From: an uncultured Nitrososphaeraceae archaeon | GTDB taxonomy: Archaea; Thermoproteota; Nitrososphaeria; Nitrososphaerales; Nitrososphaeraceae | Direction: 5' to 3' | Length of the DNA: 64,000 nucleotides | Assembly: GCA_963825865.1 (NCBI GenBank) | Contig: CAWGVG010000029.1 | Location: 1-64,000 of the forward strand | Translations under genes and position numbers: made by a program | Part shown: piece after piece, positions 1-12,758 of the stretch | How positions within the stretch are numbered: the first letter of the stretch is position 1 | Layout: each line of letters opens with the position of its first letter | The notes under the pieces: generated by a model | Told to the model about the DNA's origin: nothing | Seen by the model: the letters and a program-made list of their open reading frames with translations, nothing else | The model's database searches: none

Positions 1-505
1 TAGTTTTGCACTTTCTCTTTTCCCTCTTCATAATCCTCCCCTCCACGTAGCAATTCCAGTTTTGGCCTTTTGCACCTAACTCCTAAATCTTTTGTTATTG
101 GCTGGAGGTGCTTGAAGCTGATTGGAATTCCTAGTTCATTTGTCAGACAGTTTGCAAGTGATTCAGACTCGATGTATTTCTGAAGATAACGAAAGATGTG
201 CGGGTCGTTAAATAATGCTGATATAATAATCTCTCTGTTTTCATCTGTTATGCCAGATTTTGTTCCGCCAGGTTTCTTCATCTTTATTCTATCTATCCCA
301 CTTTGGATATAGGGAGCAACCCATCTTGGTACAAAACTGCTGCTAACTCCGTGTTCATTTGCTATGTCTTCGTAAGTTTTACCTTCAGCTTTTTTGGAGT
401 ATAGCCAGTAGCCTGCATTCTTTTTTGTTACCCGTATTCTTCATAAATGACTTTAATTTGTTCCTCGTCTGATGGTAAGTTTGAGTTTGAAAGGATGATC
501 CACAT
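1..505 (-). pseudogene. IS630-family transposase N-terminal part, frameshifted, runs off the window
   Basis: Manual translation GKTYEDIANEHGVSSSFVPRWV...GIDRIKMKKPGG...SLANCLTNELGIPIS...LGVRCKRPKLEL resembles the HTH + winged-helix start of IS630 transposases. Confidence 0.6.
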
Positions 506-599
506 AATGAAAATATCTCATTTACTAACCTTTAACCATTTCCAAATCTAGGTTATGTAATGAACAAATAACGACATAAATTCAGACACTTCACTTAGT

Positions 600-1110
600 T
601 GATGAAAATAAACAACCTTGAGTATAAAAGAAATGGTATCAGAACCGTTTTATCAGCTTGGAATCAAATATCTGGACAAAGGATTCATTGAAATTCTTTC
701 AATCGATATTAGACGAAAAAATACAAAATATAGCAGAGACAGATAAAAAATTAGCACAGTTAGAGAATATCAAGAATAATGACAAAGATTATCAAAAGAT
801 TGAACAGGTTAGCTGAACAAAAAGCAAACGAGATTTTGAAGAATAGAAAGGCAGTAGTATTGACAGCCGTTATGGCTGTTTTAGAGGCCTTGAGAAATCA
901 ACCTGACAAACAACATCTTTTAATTTATGACTCTTTCTATCCATTAAATAATAATAATAATAGCACTGCCCATATATTCACCAAAATGATGTCATCATCA
1001 TCAGCGAAATCCAGAAAATTATCTTTCTATGTCAGTCCATCATAAAGAAATATTGAAAATAGCTGAGGAGTCTTTATGATAATTTTTTAAAAGCCGCTGT
1101 TAACAATACT
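600..1110 (+). pseudogene. C-terminal remnant of an HTH/coiled-coil protein family (related to 34412-35535 and 54300-54500)
   Basis: ORF 779-1045 resembles the C-terminal part of 34412-35535; DNA 1016-1105 aligns by eye with 54386-54475. Confidence 0.5.
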
Positions 1111-1293
1111 ATAAATAATCTCACACCACAACAACCACATTGAAACAACTTATACCCATGCAGAGATGGAAAAAGCAGTTTTAGTCGTACAACACATTTC
1201 AGGCTATTTCAAATAACAATCCACATAACTAAACAAGGTATGATTAACCGTTAGTTCAATTTGGACAATAATAATTCTTGCACACATTTCCTA

Positions 1294-2112
1294 CTATATA
1301 GAGCTCTTGGGTGATATTTTTTCTCCTTCCTCATATGCCTTAATGTCATCAGGATTTCTTTGTACGTGTTTAATCCTGTTGTAAAAGTCCCTCCATTTTT
1401 TTACATCTAAACAATTTGTTGCACCTAATATTCTAGCTTGCCTATCAAAATCAATCCCCTTTATATCATTGCCATCAATATTGGTAATCAGCTCTAATGC
1501 ATTGTATATATTTTTGAATTTAAATAGTCTATCAAATTCTGACATAGCACTTTCATAGTGTCTGAGAGAGCTATTCAGATTCCGATCGAATAGCGTAGAG
1601 GACTTGGAGATATCCTGTCTGTTTATCTTTTGCAACTTTCGAAAAACATCAACTATGTGTTTTTCGTCTATTTTTTCAACAAAACCGACAGTAATACGTA
1701 TGCTGTCATAGACTTCAACATTATCGACAATATTAACATAAAACGTCTTGCCTATTTTTTTTACACTGCTTCTTGACTCTTTGTGTCCTCTCATTAAATC
1801 AAGGATAGAATATTCATTTTTCTTATTAGTAATACATACGCGTGGAATTACCAAATTACAAGCTAATATCAGGTTACGATATTCGTATTGTATACCAGCT
1901 TGCTCGGTGTTTGTAAATCCTATTTCTTGTAAGTTGGATATTTTAATTGAGTATATCGTTTCAGATGAGGTAGTCCTTTTTCCTTCAAGATCAATAAGTC
2001 CTTCGGATTTTGTTAGTTCTAGATCCATGTTACAACTTCTATCGTGTGTCGGTGGATTGATAAGGTCATGACAAAAGATATCAGCCTGAAGTTCATAATT
2101 CATTGATAACAC
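1294..2112 (-). CDS. Hypothetical protein with a possible C-terminal HEPN-like (ApeA/MauJ-type) domain
   Basis: 272 aa; helical C-terminus FKNIYNALELI...WRDFYNRIKH resembles a HEPN R...H motif; lies in element cargo. Confidence 0.45.
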   Translation of the reverse strand: MLSMNYELQADIFCHDLINPPTHDRSCNMDLELTKSEGLIDLEGKRTTSSETIYSIKISNLQEIGFTNTEQAGIQYEYRNLILACNLVIPRVCITNKKNEYSILDLMRGHKESRSSVKKIGKTFYVNIVDNVEVYDSIRITVGFVEKIDEKHIVDVFRKLQKINRQDISKSSTLFDRNLNSSLRHYESAMSEFDRLFKFKNIYNALELITNIDGNDIKGIDFDRQARILGATNCLDVKKWRDFYNRIKHVQRNPDDIKAYEEGEKISPKSSI

Positions 2113-2246
2113 TTACTATTCAAATCATAAAACACTTTTCAACAATTATGAAACCTTGTTAAAAAATCTGCTTTGCAACTAGGAGATGTTGTCCATTTAT
2201 CCTATTTTATAGCATTAACAACACCATCAGGACAAGCATTTATATC

Positions 2247-3122
2247 TTAATATCCTAAATTGCATTTACCTTTTACTATGTGGCCTAAATCTATATTTTC
2301 AGAAAGAGTTTTAATCCTGCGTGAGAAATCCTTTATTGTGTTATCTGCATCCTTTCTCTTCTTTTTCAAATCTTTGAATTTTTGTCTTATTTTGTCATCT
2401 TGACATACTTTAACTAAAAATTTTTTTAGTTTTTCTGGATCATTATCTGATTTTCTGTCAGTCTCTATTAGAATTTTCTGCTCTTCTTGATCAATTTTAT
2501 ATCTGTTACCAATGTCTTTACCATAGAAAACAAAATCTGATATTAACATCTCTTGGTCTTCATACTTATAGAGATAATTGAAAGCATATTCAAATATACC
2601 CGTCAAATTATAGAAATTTATATTTTTCATGTTACTATCAGGTTTTGTTATTACTGCGGTATAATCTGGATAGTATTCATTATCCTTGGCTTCGTTTCTT
2701 ATTTGTTTTCTTAATATAGGTTCAATTTCTTCAATGAGACTGTTATGTTCTTCTATTAACGCGTTAAGATTAGTCCAACACCTATAATCCTCTTTATATG
2801 ATTTAAGGTGTGACATGGCATGGCTAAAATACGAAATATCATCCAGGTCTTCGTTTAAATATATTTTATGCTCTTTTTCTTCTAGACTTAGTTTTTTTAT
2901 TTTTATATATGACTGGTTAAGCTTTTCTGAATGTCGGGTCTCCCTTTTCCTAAAAAACCGATAAGTGCTCCAACAGGCGCTAATGAGGTTATTGTCGCTC
3001 CTACCATCCAGGTAAATTGGTTTTGATAATATTGATTTACGTATAAAATTAAGAATGTTATTACCACAAAATATCCTATTACTGCTAATATCGTCGCTGT
3101 GATGTGTTTCAAGATAGGTCAT
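2247..3122 (-). CDS. Hypothetical protein, probably with a two-TM N-terminus (ORF 2903-3112) joined by a frameshift
   Basis: Overlapping same-strand ORFs: hydrophobic 69 aa plus charged 291 aa. Confidence 0.5.
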   Translation of the reverse strand: MTYLETHHSDDISSNRIFCGNNILNFIRKSILSKPIYLDGRSDNNLISACWSTYRFFRKRETRHSEKLNQSYIKIKKLSLEEKEHKIYLNEDLDDISYFSHAMSHLKSYKEDYRCWTNLNALIEEHNSLIEEIEPILRKQIRNEAKDNEYYPDYTAVITKPDSNMKNINFYNLTGIFEYAFNYLYKYEDQEMLISDFVFYGKDIGNRYKIDQEEQKILIETDRKSDNDPEKLKKFLVKVCQDDKIRQKFKDLKKKRKDADNTIKDFSRRIKTLSENIDLGHIVKGKCNLGY

Positions 3123-3403
3123 AGTGCATATTCATGGGAAAGATATAAACTCAATCTAAAGATAGATATGATGAAAACTCACTCAGCTTTTAATGTTTCC
3201 TTCATTTATTGAGTGTATGTATGAATAGTTTCATGAATGCATTATTGCACCTTGAGCATCTGTTCATTACATTCCATAGATATGTAATATTAGAGAATTT
3301 TTTGTTTGATTGGCCACCTATCATAGAATCAATAGAACCAAATCTACACTTACTATAATTTAAAAACTTTGGTACTTGTATTTTCTTACTGGTAATCACA
3401 CAT

Positions 3404-3519
3404 CTACGACAGCAACGACATTAACGACAACATTTTTTTATAACTTTTTGATATTAGAGAATTTGTCTGGTCTTATTTCTTTTTATAAAATGCCGTCGTT
3501 GGTGTCGTTGCCGTCTCTA
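3404..3519. repeat. Variant iteron-like cassette: 3x (y)AACGAC at 9-bp period, 66-nt AT-rich spacer, 3x inverted copies
   Basis: CTACGAC 3404, CAACGAC 3413, TAACGAC 3422; GTCGTTG 3495, GTCGTTG 3504, GTCTCTA 3513. Confidence 0.8.
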
Positions 3520-3856
3520 TCTTTCTATAATATAACGAGAATATCATAATATTAATAAATAATATAATAAAAAGAAAGCGAGGAAAAGAGTGGTAAATAA
3601 TAAAAGACTAAGGAGCTCTCATCTTAGAATACACATAATTGATAACATTTGAGGATTTTCTCTATTAAGAACAATAACCCATGCATTTGCATCCAAAACA
3701 TATCATCTGTCAACGGCCCGATTTTTCATATATAGTAAGAGGCAGAAACGTTTATAGCTATCATTGCTGTTTGTATGCTTGAGTGTTTTCTTCCTTCAAA
3801 GGAAACTAGTACTTGATTGACAAGGAAAACAAAACATAAAAAAGTGAAAAAGTAAA

Positions 3857-4315
3857 ATGGAAACAACCAATTATCAACAACAAGTTCCCTTTGATTTAGA
3901 AACCAAAGGAAAAATTCAGGAATCCCTGCAGGAGATTTATAATAAGCAACAGCAACAACAAGCCACAAACGCCAATAGCGGTAAAAGAGGAAAGTTTATC
4001 AAATTTGTGCATGACTTGGAGCAGAAACGCCTTAGCTTTACAGGGCGATTCAATAAAGAACAAGTACCGTACAAGGACTTTATAACAAATGAGGTAATCC
4101 AAGGTAGGTTCTCAGAACGATATTTCTTTGAATGCTATGACATTACAGATCCAAACTATCCATCTGAAATGTCTACATGGGAACGAGGCCCCAAGGATGC
4201 AAAAACCATACTGTACTGGCTTTCAAACGACAAAAATGTGTTAGACATAATACGCCATGGCCAGCCAGGGAGCAAAACTACTACCTACGATATCCACCCG
4301 CCACCGATGGATTAA
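3857..4315 (+). CDS. Element-encoded protein, putative phage-type ssDNA-binding protein
   Basis: 152 aa; KFIKF near the N-terminus and DIIRHGQPGSKTTTYDI at the C-terminus resemble phage SSB motifs; paralog at 54891-55369. Confidence 0.45.
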   Translation: METTNYQQQVPFDLETKGKIQESLQEIYNKQQQQQATNANSGKRGKFIKFVHDLEQKRLSFTGRFNKEQVPYKDFITNEVIQGRFSERYFFECYDITDPNYPSEMSTWERGPKDAKTILYWLSNDKNVLDIIRHGQPGSKTTTYDIHPPPMD

Positions 4316-4724
4316 GAATGAGGTTACTGCAACTAGGCAGCTTAGGACCAATCGTTGTTGGAGTTGCCAATCACAGAGCATTTACTAAGAGTTTTTTAAA
4401 TCAACTAATAATAACAAAAAGAATAGTTAATCATATTAACAATATTGCATATTATAGTATGTGAGCGTTGAAAAGAAAAATCCTCTAAAACGTGATCAAG
4501 CATTAAATGATGCTACTAATGGACAACTAGGAGACGAGCATAGGCCAGAGCCAATATCTGATCTAAAGGGTCAGAACATCAGAGATCAAGCTCGCAAGAT
4601 GTCTAAAGATCTACCAGATAGTTAACATAGCCAATAAATAATAATGATGACAAGAAAAGCCAAGAGCCACTAAAACTCATTACGGGTTAGTATAAAGTAA
4701 TCCTAAAGATAACCGTCTGGGAGT

Positions 4725-4805
4725 ATCTGACGCAAATGACGTATCTGACACAGATAATAAAATAGTATTGACAATACCAATAGAAAAAACAAAATGATGT
4801 CAGAT
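4725..4805. repeat. Free-standing iteron-like cassette
   Basis: ATCTGAC 4725, AAATGAC 4734, ATCTGAC 4743; 49-nt spacer; GTCAGAT 4799. Confidence 0.8.
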
Positions 4806-4836
4806 AGTAGTAGTTATACAATGTTCCTCCATAGGG

Positions 4837-4950
4837 TACTAGTCGTCTATATGTAGTGAATCTGCTCTTTCATTCTAACCTATGTAAAAACTGTTCTGTG
4901 TTAAGAGGCTATTGCTTGATTTTCTTTCAGCTTCCTTTTGTATTTGTGAG
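4837..4950. repeat. Diverged duplicate of the MCM gene 3' end and downstream sequence (5967-6078)
   Basis: actagtcgtctatat..tagtgaatctgctctttcattcta...tgcttgattttctttca..ttccttttgtatttgtga present at both sites. Confidence 0.8.
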
Positions 4951-4951
4951 G

Positions 4952-5063
4952 TAGTTTTATGCAAGCCTTTGCCTTTTGTCAAAAACATTATTTTTGGAAC
5001 ATATAGTATTGGATTTGATATATTTGTTGTTGTTCTTAACGTCTTGTCTTGTCTTTCCATCAT
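4952..5063 (-). pseudogene. pdaD: 5' fragment (~37 codons) of pyruvoyl-dependent arginine decarboxylase
   Basis: MMERQDKTLRTTTNISNPILYVPKIMFLTKGKGLHK is nearly identical to the N-terminus of 55984-56586. Confidence 0.85.
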
Positions 5064-5121
5064 TCTTTTATTATGTGGTAAATAATATTATAATATTACA
5101 AAGAAGGCTCATAGGATATTC

Positions 5122-5790
5122 TTATACAGCTTTTAGCTTCTTATCATTGCTATTTTTGTCCTTGCTTACTATAGAATATACAGAATATTGATTATCAGAA
5201 CTACCACCAATTGAATATTCATCTATTTTATTGAAAAGATAACCATCATCAAATTTACCCTTTGTAACTTGATATAGATTGTTACCTATTACCATTCCAT
5301 TTGGTTCTGCCTTAGAGTTTATTTTTGCACATAAGTTCACGGTTGGACCAAACAGATTTCCACTTGTAGATGTTAATGATCTGGCTACTTCAACTCTGCC
5401 ATAGTCAGCACTAATCCTGTAGGAAAGGTTTGGCAATCCTTCTTCTTTTTGTAACTTTGCATTGACTATTGGATTGACTGATATCATTGTAAGACCACAT
5501 TCAAAAACACTTTTAAAAGCAGACATCTTATTAGAGGAATCAGCTGTTTTAGGAAAATAGTAGATTATACTATCTCCTGTACTTTTGATTACAGTTGCGT
5601 CAAAGTCTCTTGCTAGAGCTGCCATTGTGTTTATAAATACAGAATAATATGTCTTGATTTTTTGTGGATTTGTTATTTCAATTGTATTAATTGTAGAATC
5701 CACGATATCAATAAAACATACACAGGAAGTTTTTGTGAACCGCCAGTAAATGATATCTCCTCAGCCACAACTAGTATATTACTGTCTTTA
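5122..5790 (-). CDS. Class III adenylate/guanylate cyclase catalytic-domain protein (start region probably frameshifted; 5' end approximate)
   Basis: CVCFIDIVDST, VIKSTGDSIIYYF, YRISADYG, LFGPTVNLCAKINSKAEPN motifs. Confidence 0.85.
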
Positions 5791-5934
5791 TAGGATAATA
5801 AAATCTAATACTTTAATCTGCTTTGGTCGGATTGAAACCAAATATATAGGCGCAAAATCAATTCTAGATCTTTTTGTTATAGTTATCTGCCATCAAAATG
5901 AGAGATACCATATGTAATTATTAACTGTGCCATT

Positions 5935-8814
<2,880 letters not shown>

Positions 8815-8816
8815 GA

Positions 8817-9326
8817 TTATAAATCCAACTTCACTTTTAGTTTTTGGGCAATACTCAGATGATACTGTCTGAAGTTAATGTTTTCAAATAGTCTGCCAAC
8901 AACTTTGTTCAATACATACTCAACAGCCCTTTTATCTAATGCTTTTAACTCAGCTATCATTCGTGGTGTCAGATCTGATATGTTGATAATAAATTCAGGT
9001 GTTGGTTTTGAGATTGGAATCCAGTTTCTAAGTCTTAGAGCTTGATTGTAATACTTGTATATACTTATGCATTTACCATCATTTTTAACTATTTCCTTGA
9101 TACCTACAAGCTGTAAGAAAGTCTCATCTATCAAGCACTCCTTTGTCCAGTACTCTCTTTCACCTTCTACAATTCCGCGTTCTTTCTTCTGGTTTTTAGA
9201 TAATGGTATGTTTAACCTGACAGCAAAGCACTTACAGAATTCGTCATCATCAAGAGCAAGTATTTGCTTCACTAACTCAGGCTCAAGTTTGTCCTTCTGT
9301 TTGGGAATATAATTATAAGGTAACAA
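8817..9326 (-). CDS. Hypothetical protein directly upstream of mcm
   Basis: 169-aa ORF ending 2 nt before the mcm start. Confidence 0.65.
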   Translation of the reverse strand: MLPYNYIPKQKDKLEPELVKQILALDDDEFCKCFAVRLNIPLSKNQKKERGIVEGEREYWTKECLIDETFLQLVGIKEIVKNDGKCISIYKYYNQALRLRNWIPISKPTPEFIINISDLTPRMIAELKALDKRAVEYVLNKVVGRLFENINFRQYHLSIAQKLKVKLDL

Positions 9327-9353
9327 AATTACTTTCCTCTTTTTTCTTCCTAC

Positions 9354-9545
9354 TTACCTTTTAATTCTAAGGAGAATCCCTGCATCTGTCAATTCTTGTT
9401 CAAAAAATGTATTATCTTCAGTTATACCAAGTCTCTCAACCAGACTCTTGTCAATAACTACTATCGTATTGTTACCAACGGTCCAACATTTTTTGACAAC
9501 ATGTCCTTTGGCACTGTTTATATCCTTGTGTAAACAATTATCCAT
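9354..9545 (-). CDS. AbrB/SpoVT-like small DNA-binding protein
   Basis: KCWTVGNNTIVVIDKSLVERLGI pattern. Confidence 0.6.
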   Translation of the reverse strand: MDNCLHKDINSAKGHVVKKCWTVGNNTIVVIDKSLVERLGITEDNTFFEQELTDAGILLRIKR

Positions 9546-9774
9546 CGTTGCTTTTCTGACCTCCTAAGGGTTGGCCTAAAGCAATGGTTGTTGCAGTTTG
9601 ATCACAGGCACCAACCTCAGAATCAAACTGCAACACATTACCCATTTTTTTCAATACTCCTGTTACCACGTCGTTGAACGAGTCTCCAGCATTTCCGAGT
9701 GTCTTCAAAGTCAAATAATTTGACTCAGAGATTGTAATATGTTTTAATTTTTTAACCACTTTAAATCTCAACAA
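9538..9774 (-). CDS. Small RHH/antitoxin-like (DUF217-type) regulator
   Basis: KHITISESNYLTLKTLG..GDSFNDVV pattern. Confidence 0.6.
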   Translation of the reverse strand: MLRFKVVKKLKHITISESNYLTLKTLGNAGDSFNDVVTGVLKKMGNVLQFDSEVGACDQTATTIALGQPLGGQKSNDG

Positions 9775-10023
9775 TACTGAAAAAAAGTTAGCTTAAAAGT
9801 ATTGCCTAAATAAAAGATAATACTTCACATCCGTAAATGAAGCCGCTTATTTAACATAAACTGATTTTAATTATATTGTACTAAAGAAAAATTGCGGTAG
9901 TAGATTTAATATCCAACATTTAGTCCATTTAGGTGGGACATTATTCAAATGATAATGTTTTATTTCCTCAAAATTAAGCTATTTTACACCTTCACATTAA
10001 ATACTTTTCACAATATGGAAGGA

Positions 10024-11061
10024 TTATATTGCCAGTGTAATTTCATCCATACCTAGTCTTTGGAATGTTCTTAGAAGAGCTGCCTTAAGATATTCTTGTA
10101 ACACGTCATTTTCTCCTGGTTTAAAATAGTGATCGTCTAGGCCTATACTATGACCCATAAACATTTCTTTAATCGCTGGTTTTACATCTGCATATATTAG
10201 TTGAGTATCAAAAAATTTTCTAAATCCAGTTGTCAGTCTGACATTCTTTCTAACCTTTCCATGTTCATTATGTAACTCTGTCTGTCTTTCTACTGTTCTT
10301 ATCCCTGATTTTTCTATAGTTCTCGATACTAGCCTTTCTACTGTTCTGAGCATTAATGGTTGAACGTTATGAATAGAAACAGGATCATTTCTATCAAATT
10401 GATCTCTGAAAACTGGTGATTTAGGTGTTAATTTTTCACCATATCTTTCCCTATAGCTCAGGTATGTGTTTATGGCTTTAGCTGCTTCTGGAGTGCTGAA
10501 AGTAAAATAGCTTTCTTTTGAATCAGAATATACTTTTACATGATATAGATCATAGGTAGGGATGCTTACCAAGTCTTGTAATTTGAGATCAACTATTGCC
10601 CTAATTCTTACACCTGTGGAAGCTAAAAACAAAATTAATGCTTTAACTCTTTCATCACAAACTTCTAGCATCTTTGTTATTTCTTCTGTTGTATAGCCTC
10701 TATTCTCAATTGGTCTTTCTTCTTCACCAAGATATCTGTAGATCTTTTTCTTGTTTAATATGACTTCATTTAGGTCATAGAATGTCATAATTGCTGCCAG
10801 ATATTGACTTCTTGTAGCATATCTTAATGAAACAGGCGGATTTTTCAAGGATATCAAATAATCGATTATCTGGTTCTGAATAAATTTAGGGTTGTCTTGA
10901 TATTTTAATAAATCATTAGGATTATCTATTTTAAGATATTTCATGTATTTTTGAAGGGCAAAAGTGTATGCAGCTTTGGTTACAGCAGATTTTAGGCCTT
11001 CTATAAATATACGGTAAGGAATAGCTGTTAACTTTGGCTCAAATACCTTGCCTCGGAACAT
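10024..11061 (-). CDS. Tyrosine recombinase/integrase
   Basis: STGVRI, TGFRKFF (HxxR His replaced by Thr), MGH and DDHY catalytic motifs. Confidence 0.92.
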   Translation of the reverse strand: MFRGKVFEPKLTAIPYRIFIEGLKSAVTKAAYTFALQKYMKYLKIDNPNDLLKYQDNPKFIQNQIIDYLISLKNPPVSLRYATRSQYLAAIMTFYDLNEVILNKKKIYRYLGEEERPIENRGYTTEEITKMLEVCDERVKALILFLASTGVRIRAIVDLKLQDLVSIPTYDLYHVKVYSDSKESYFTFSTPEAAKAINTYLSYRERYGEKLTPKSPVFRDQFDRNDPVSIHNVQPLMLRTVERLVSRTIEKSGIRTVERQTELHNEHGKVRKNVRLTTGFRKFFDTQLIYADVKPAIKEMFMGHSIGLDDHYFKPGENDVLQEYLKAALLRTFQRLGMDEITLAI

Positions 11062-11148
11062 GTGTGATTCTCCTATATGACATGTACAGGGTGGTAACTA
11101 AGCCAGCTTTAGCTTTTTCCATTTTAGAACTTTGAAACAACTTTAAAG

Positions 11149-11228
11149 TGGGCCCAAGGGTGTGTGAATCATTTTTGACATAAATTCTGAGCTCAAACTT
11201 ACTCTACTCCAATTGAGCCTTTGAGCCC
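11149..11228 (-). pseudogene. Degenerate tRNA-like sequence, probable att-site remnant
   Basis: Minus strand GGGCTCA...TGGGCCC-A acceptor stem, GCTC-AATTGGAGTA-GAGT D-arm, TTC at the T-loop position; T stem and anticodon arm non-canonical. Confidence 0.55.
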
Positions 11229-11393
11229 TGTAGCTTCATTTGTGATATCCATTTATTTCAATATATTAGATTCTTGCACGTAAGAGAGCTCAAAACCAGT
11301 ACAAGATATTTTCTACCTAAAAAATGTCTCAATTTATAGAATCATGTCGCAGTTAGATCCCGAAATCAGTTCATGCTTCATTCAATGGATGAT

Positions 11394-12386
11394 TCAATTG
11401 TTTGGGGTATTAGTCGATAGAAATGTATTTAATATCTTACTGATTTCAGCCGGATATTGACCCATTACTGCATGACCCGCATCTTTGATCTGTACAAGCC
11501 AGGCTCCTGGAACTTTGCTTGCAATGACTACAGCATTTCCATACGGCATGTAGTTATTATCATCTGTTCCAGTTATGACCAACGTGGGTTTAGCCAATTT
11601 CGCTTCAGCATCACAAGCACCGCTCCAGTTGGTTGCCTCCCAAGCAACTAGGTTTGCCTGATTCTTCTCTGTTTCAGGGGGCAAACCAGGCTTCAATTGT
11701 TGTAATGATGTAATATTTTCAAATCCTTCAAGAGATTCAGGATGTAGTTTGATCCATCCTGATCCTAATGAGGCAACATTAAGCGTTTTAATATCCTCTG
11801 CACTGAGTGAAACATTATTTTGAGATTTGTTTACAATTTCCGCTTGGAATTTTATAAACTCAGGTGGTTTAGGTATACCATCCTTTCCGCCACATGTTGT
11901 GGCAACAAGTATGAGCCTGTTAACCTTATCTGGATGGCTAACTGTAAATGCCTGAGCTATATGTCCTCCCAAAGAATATCCCATAACATCTGCTTTTGAT
12001 ATTTTCAGAGCGTCCATCAAACCAGCTGTATCGTTTGCTAGTTGCTGATAAGTGTATGGTTTGGAACCAGCTGTTGTATTTGCAATTCCACGTTGATCAA
12101 ACGCAATTACTGTGTGATTTGAAGAAATACCCGTTAGAAAGGACGAATCCCAGGCATCCATACTATCAGAAGCGCCATTGAAGAGTAAAATAGGGTCACC
12201 TTTACCAAACATCTTGTACGCAATATCGATATCTCCTACATGGACTTTTTTTAATGGTATGTCTTGTATGTTTACCGAACTCGTAGTATTGGAATTCGTT
12301 TGGTCTGGATTTGACTGACTATACGCAACCTTAGAAGTGCCAAAATAGCCATCAATACTAATTAATGAACTAGCGATAATAAGCAT
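11394..12386 (-). CDS. Secreted alpha/beta hydrolase
   Basis: GYSLGG nucleophile elbow, FDQRG, AGH; hydrophobic N-terminus. Confidence 0.9.
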   Translation of the reverse strand: MLIIASSLISIDGYFGTSKVAYSQSNPDQTNSNTTSSVNIQDIPLKKVHVGDIDIAYKMFGKGDPILLFNGASDSMDAWDSSFLTGISSNHTVIAFDQRGIANTTAGSKPYTYQQLANDTAGLMDALKISKADVMGYSLGGHIAQAFTVSHPDKVNRLILVATTCGGKDGIPKPPEFIKFQAEIVNKSQNNVSLSAEDIKTLNVASLGSGWIKLHPESLEGFENITSLQQLKPGLPPETEKNQANLVAWEATNWSGACDAEAKLAKPTLVITGTDDNNYMPYGNAVVIASKVPGAWLVQIKDAGHAVMGQYPAEISKILNTFLSTNTPNN

Positions 12387-12758
12387 AGGTGTTACTGCAA
12401 TAAGGACTAGATAGATCTTTCCGAATAAATCTGTGAGTTGACATTATTCGCCGTACTGGCTGTTACCTATTTAAAGCGATCTGAGCTGAGAGGCAAAAAT
12501 GAAGTAAAGTGAGCGCAGCTGATGTGCCTGTAATGTGATCTATCCCCTGTGCTTACAGAACAGAGAAATGAATTATCTATCTCCTTCAACAACAACAGCA
12601 ACAACGGAAACAACTTCTATGGACCCAATAAATAATGATAGAGTAGGAGAAGGAGAAGCCTATTTACCTCCACTTTTAGAGAAGGAAAATATCATTTAGT
12701 CCAGACGCAACACAAAAGGCATATTTCATAAAATAACCACAAAAAGAGAATGGATAAC

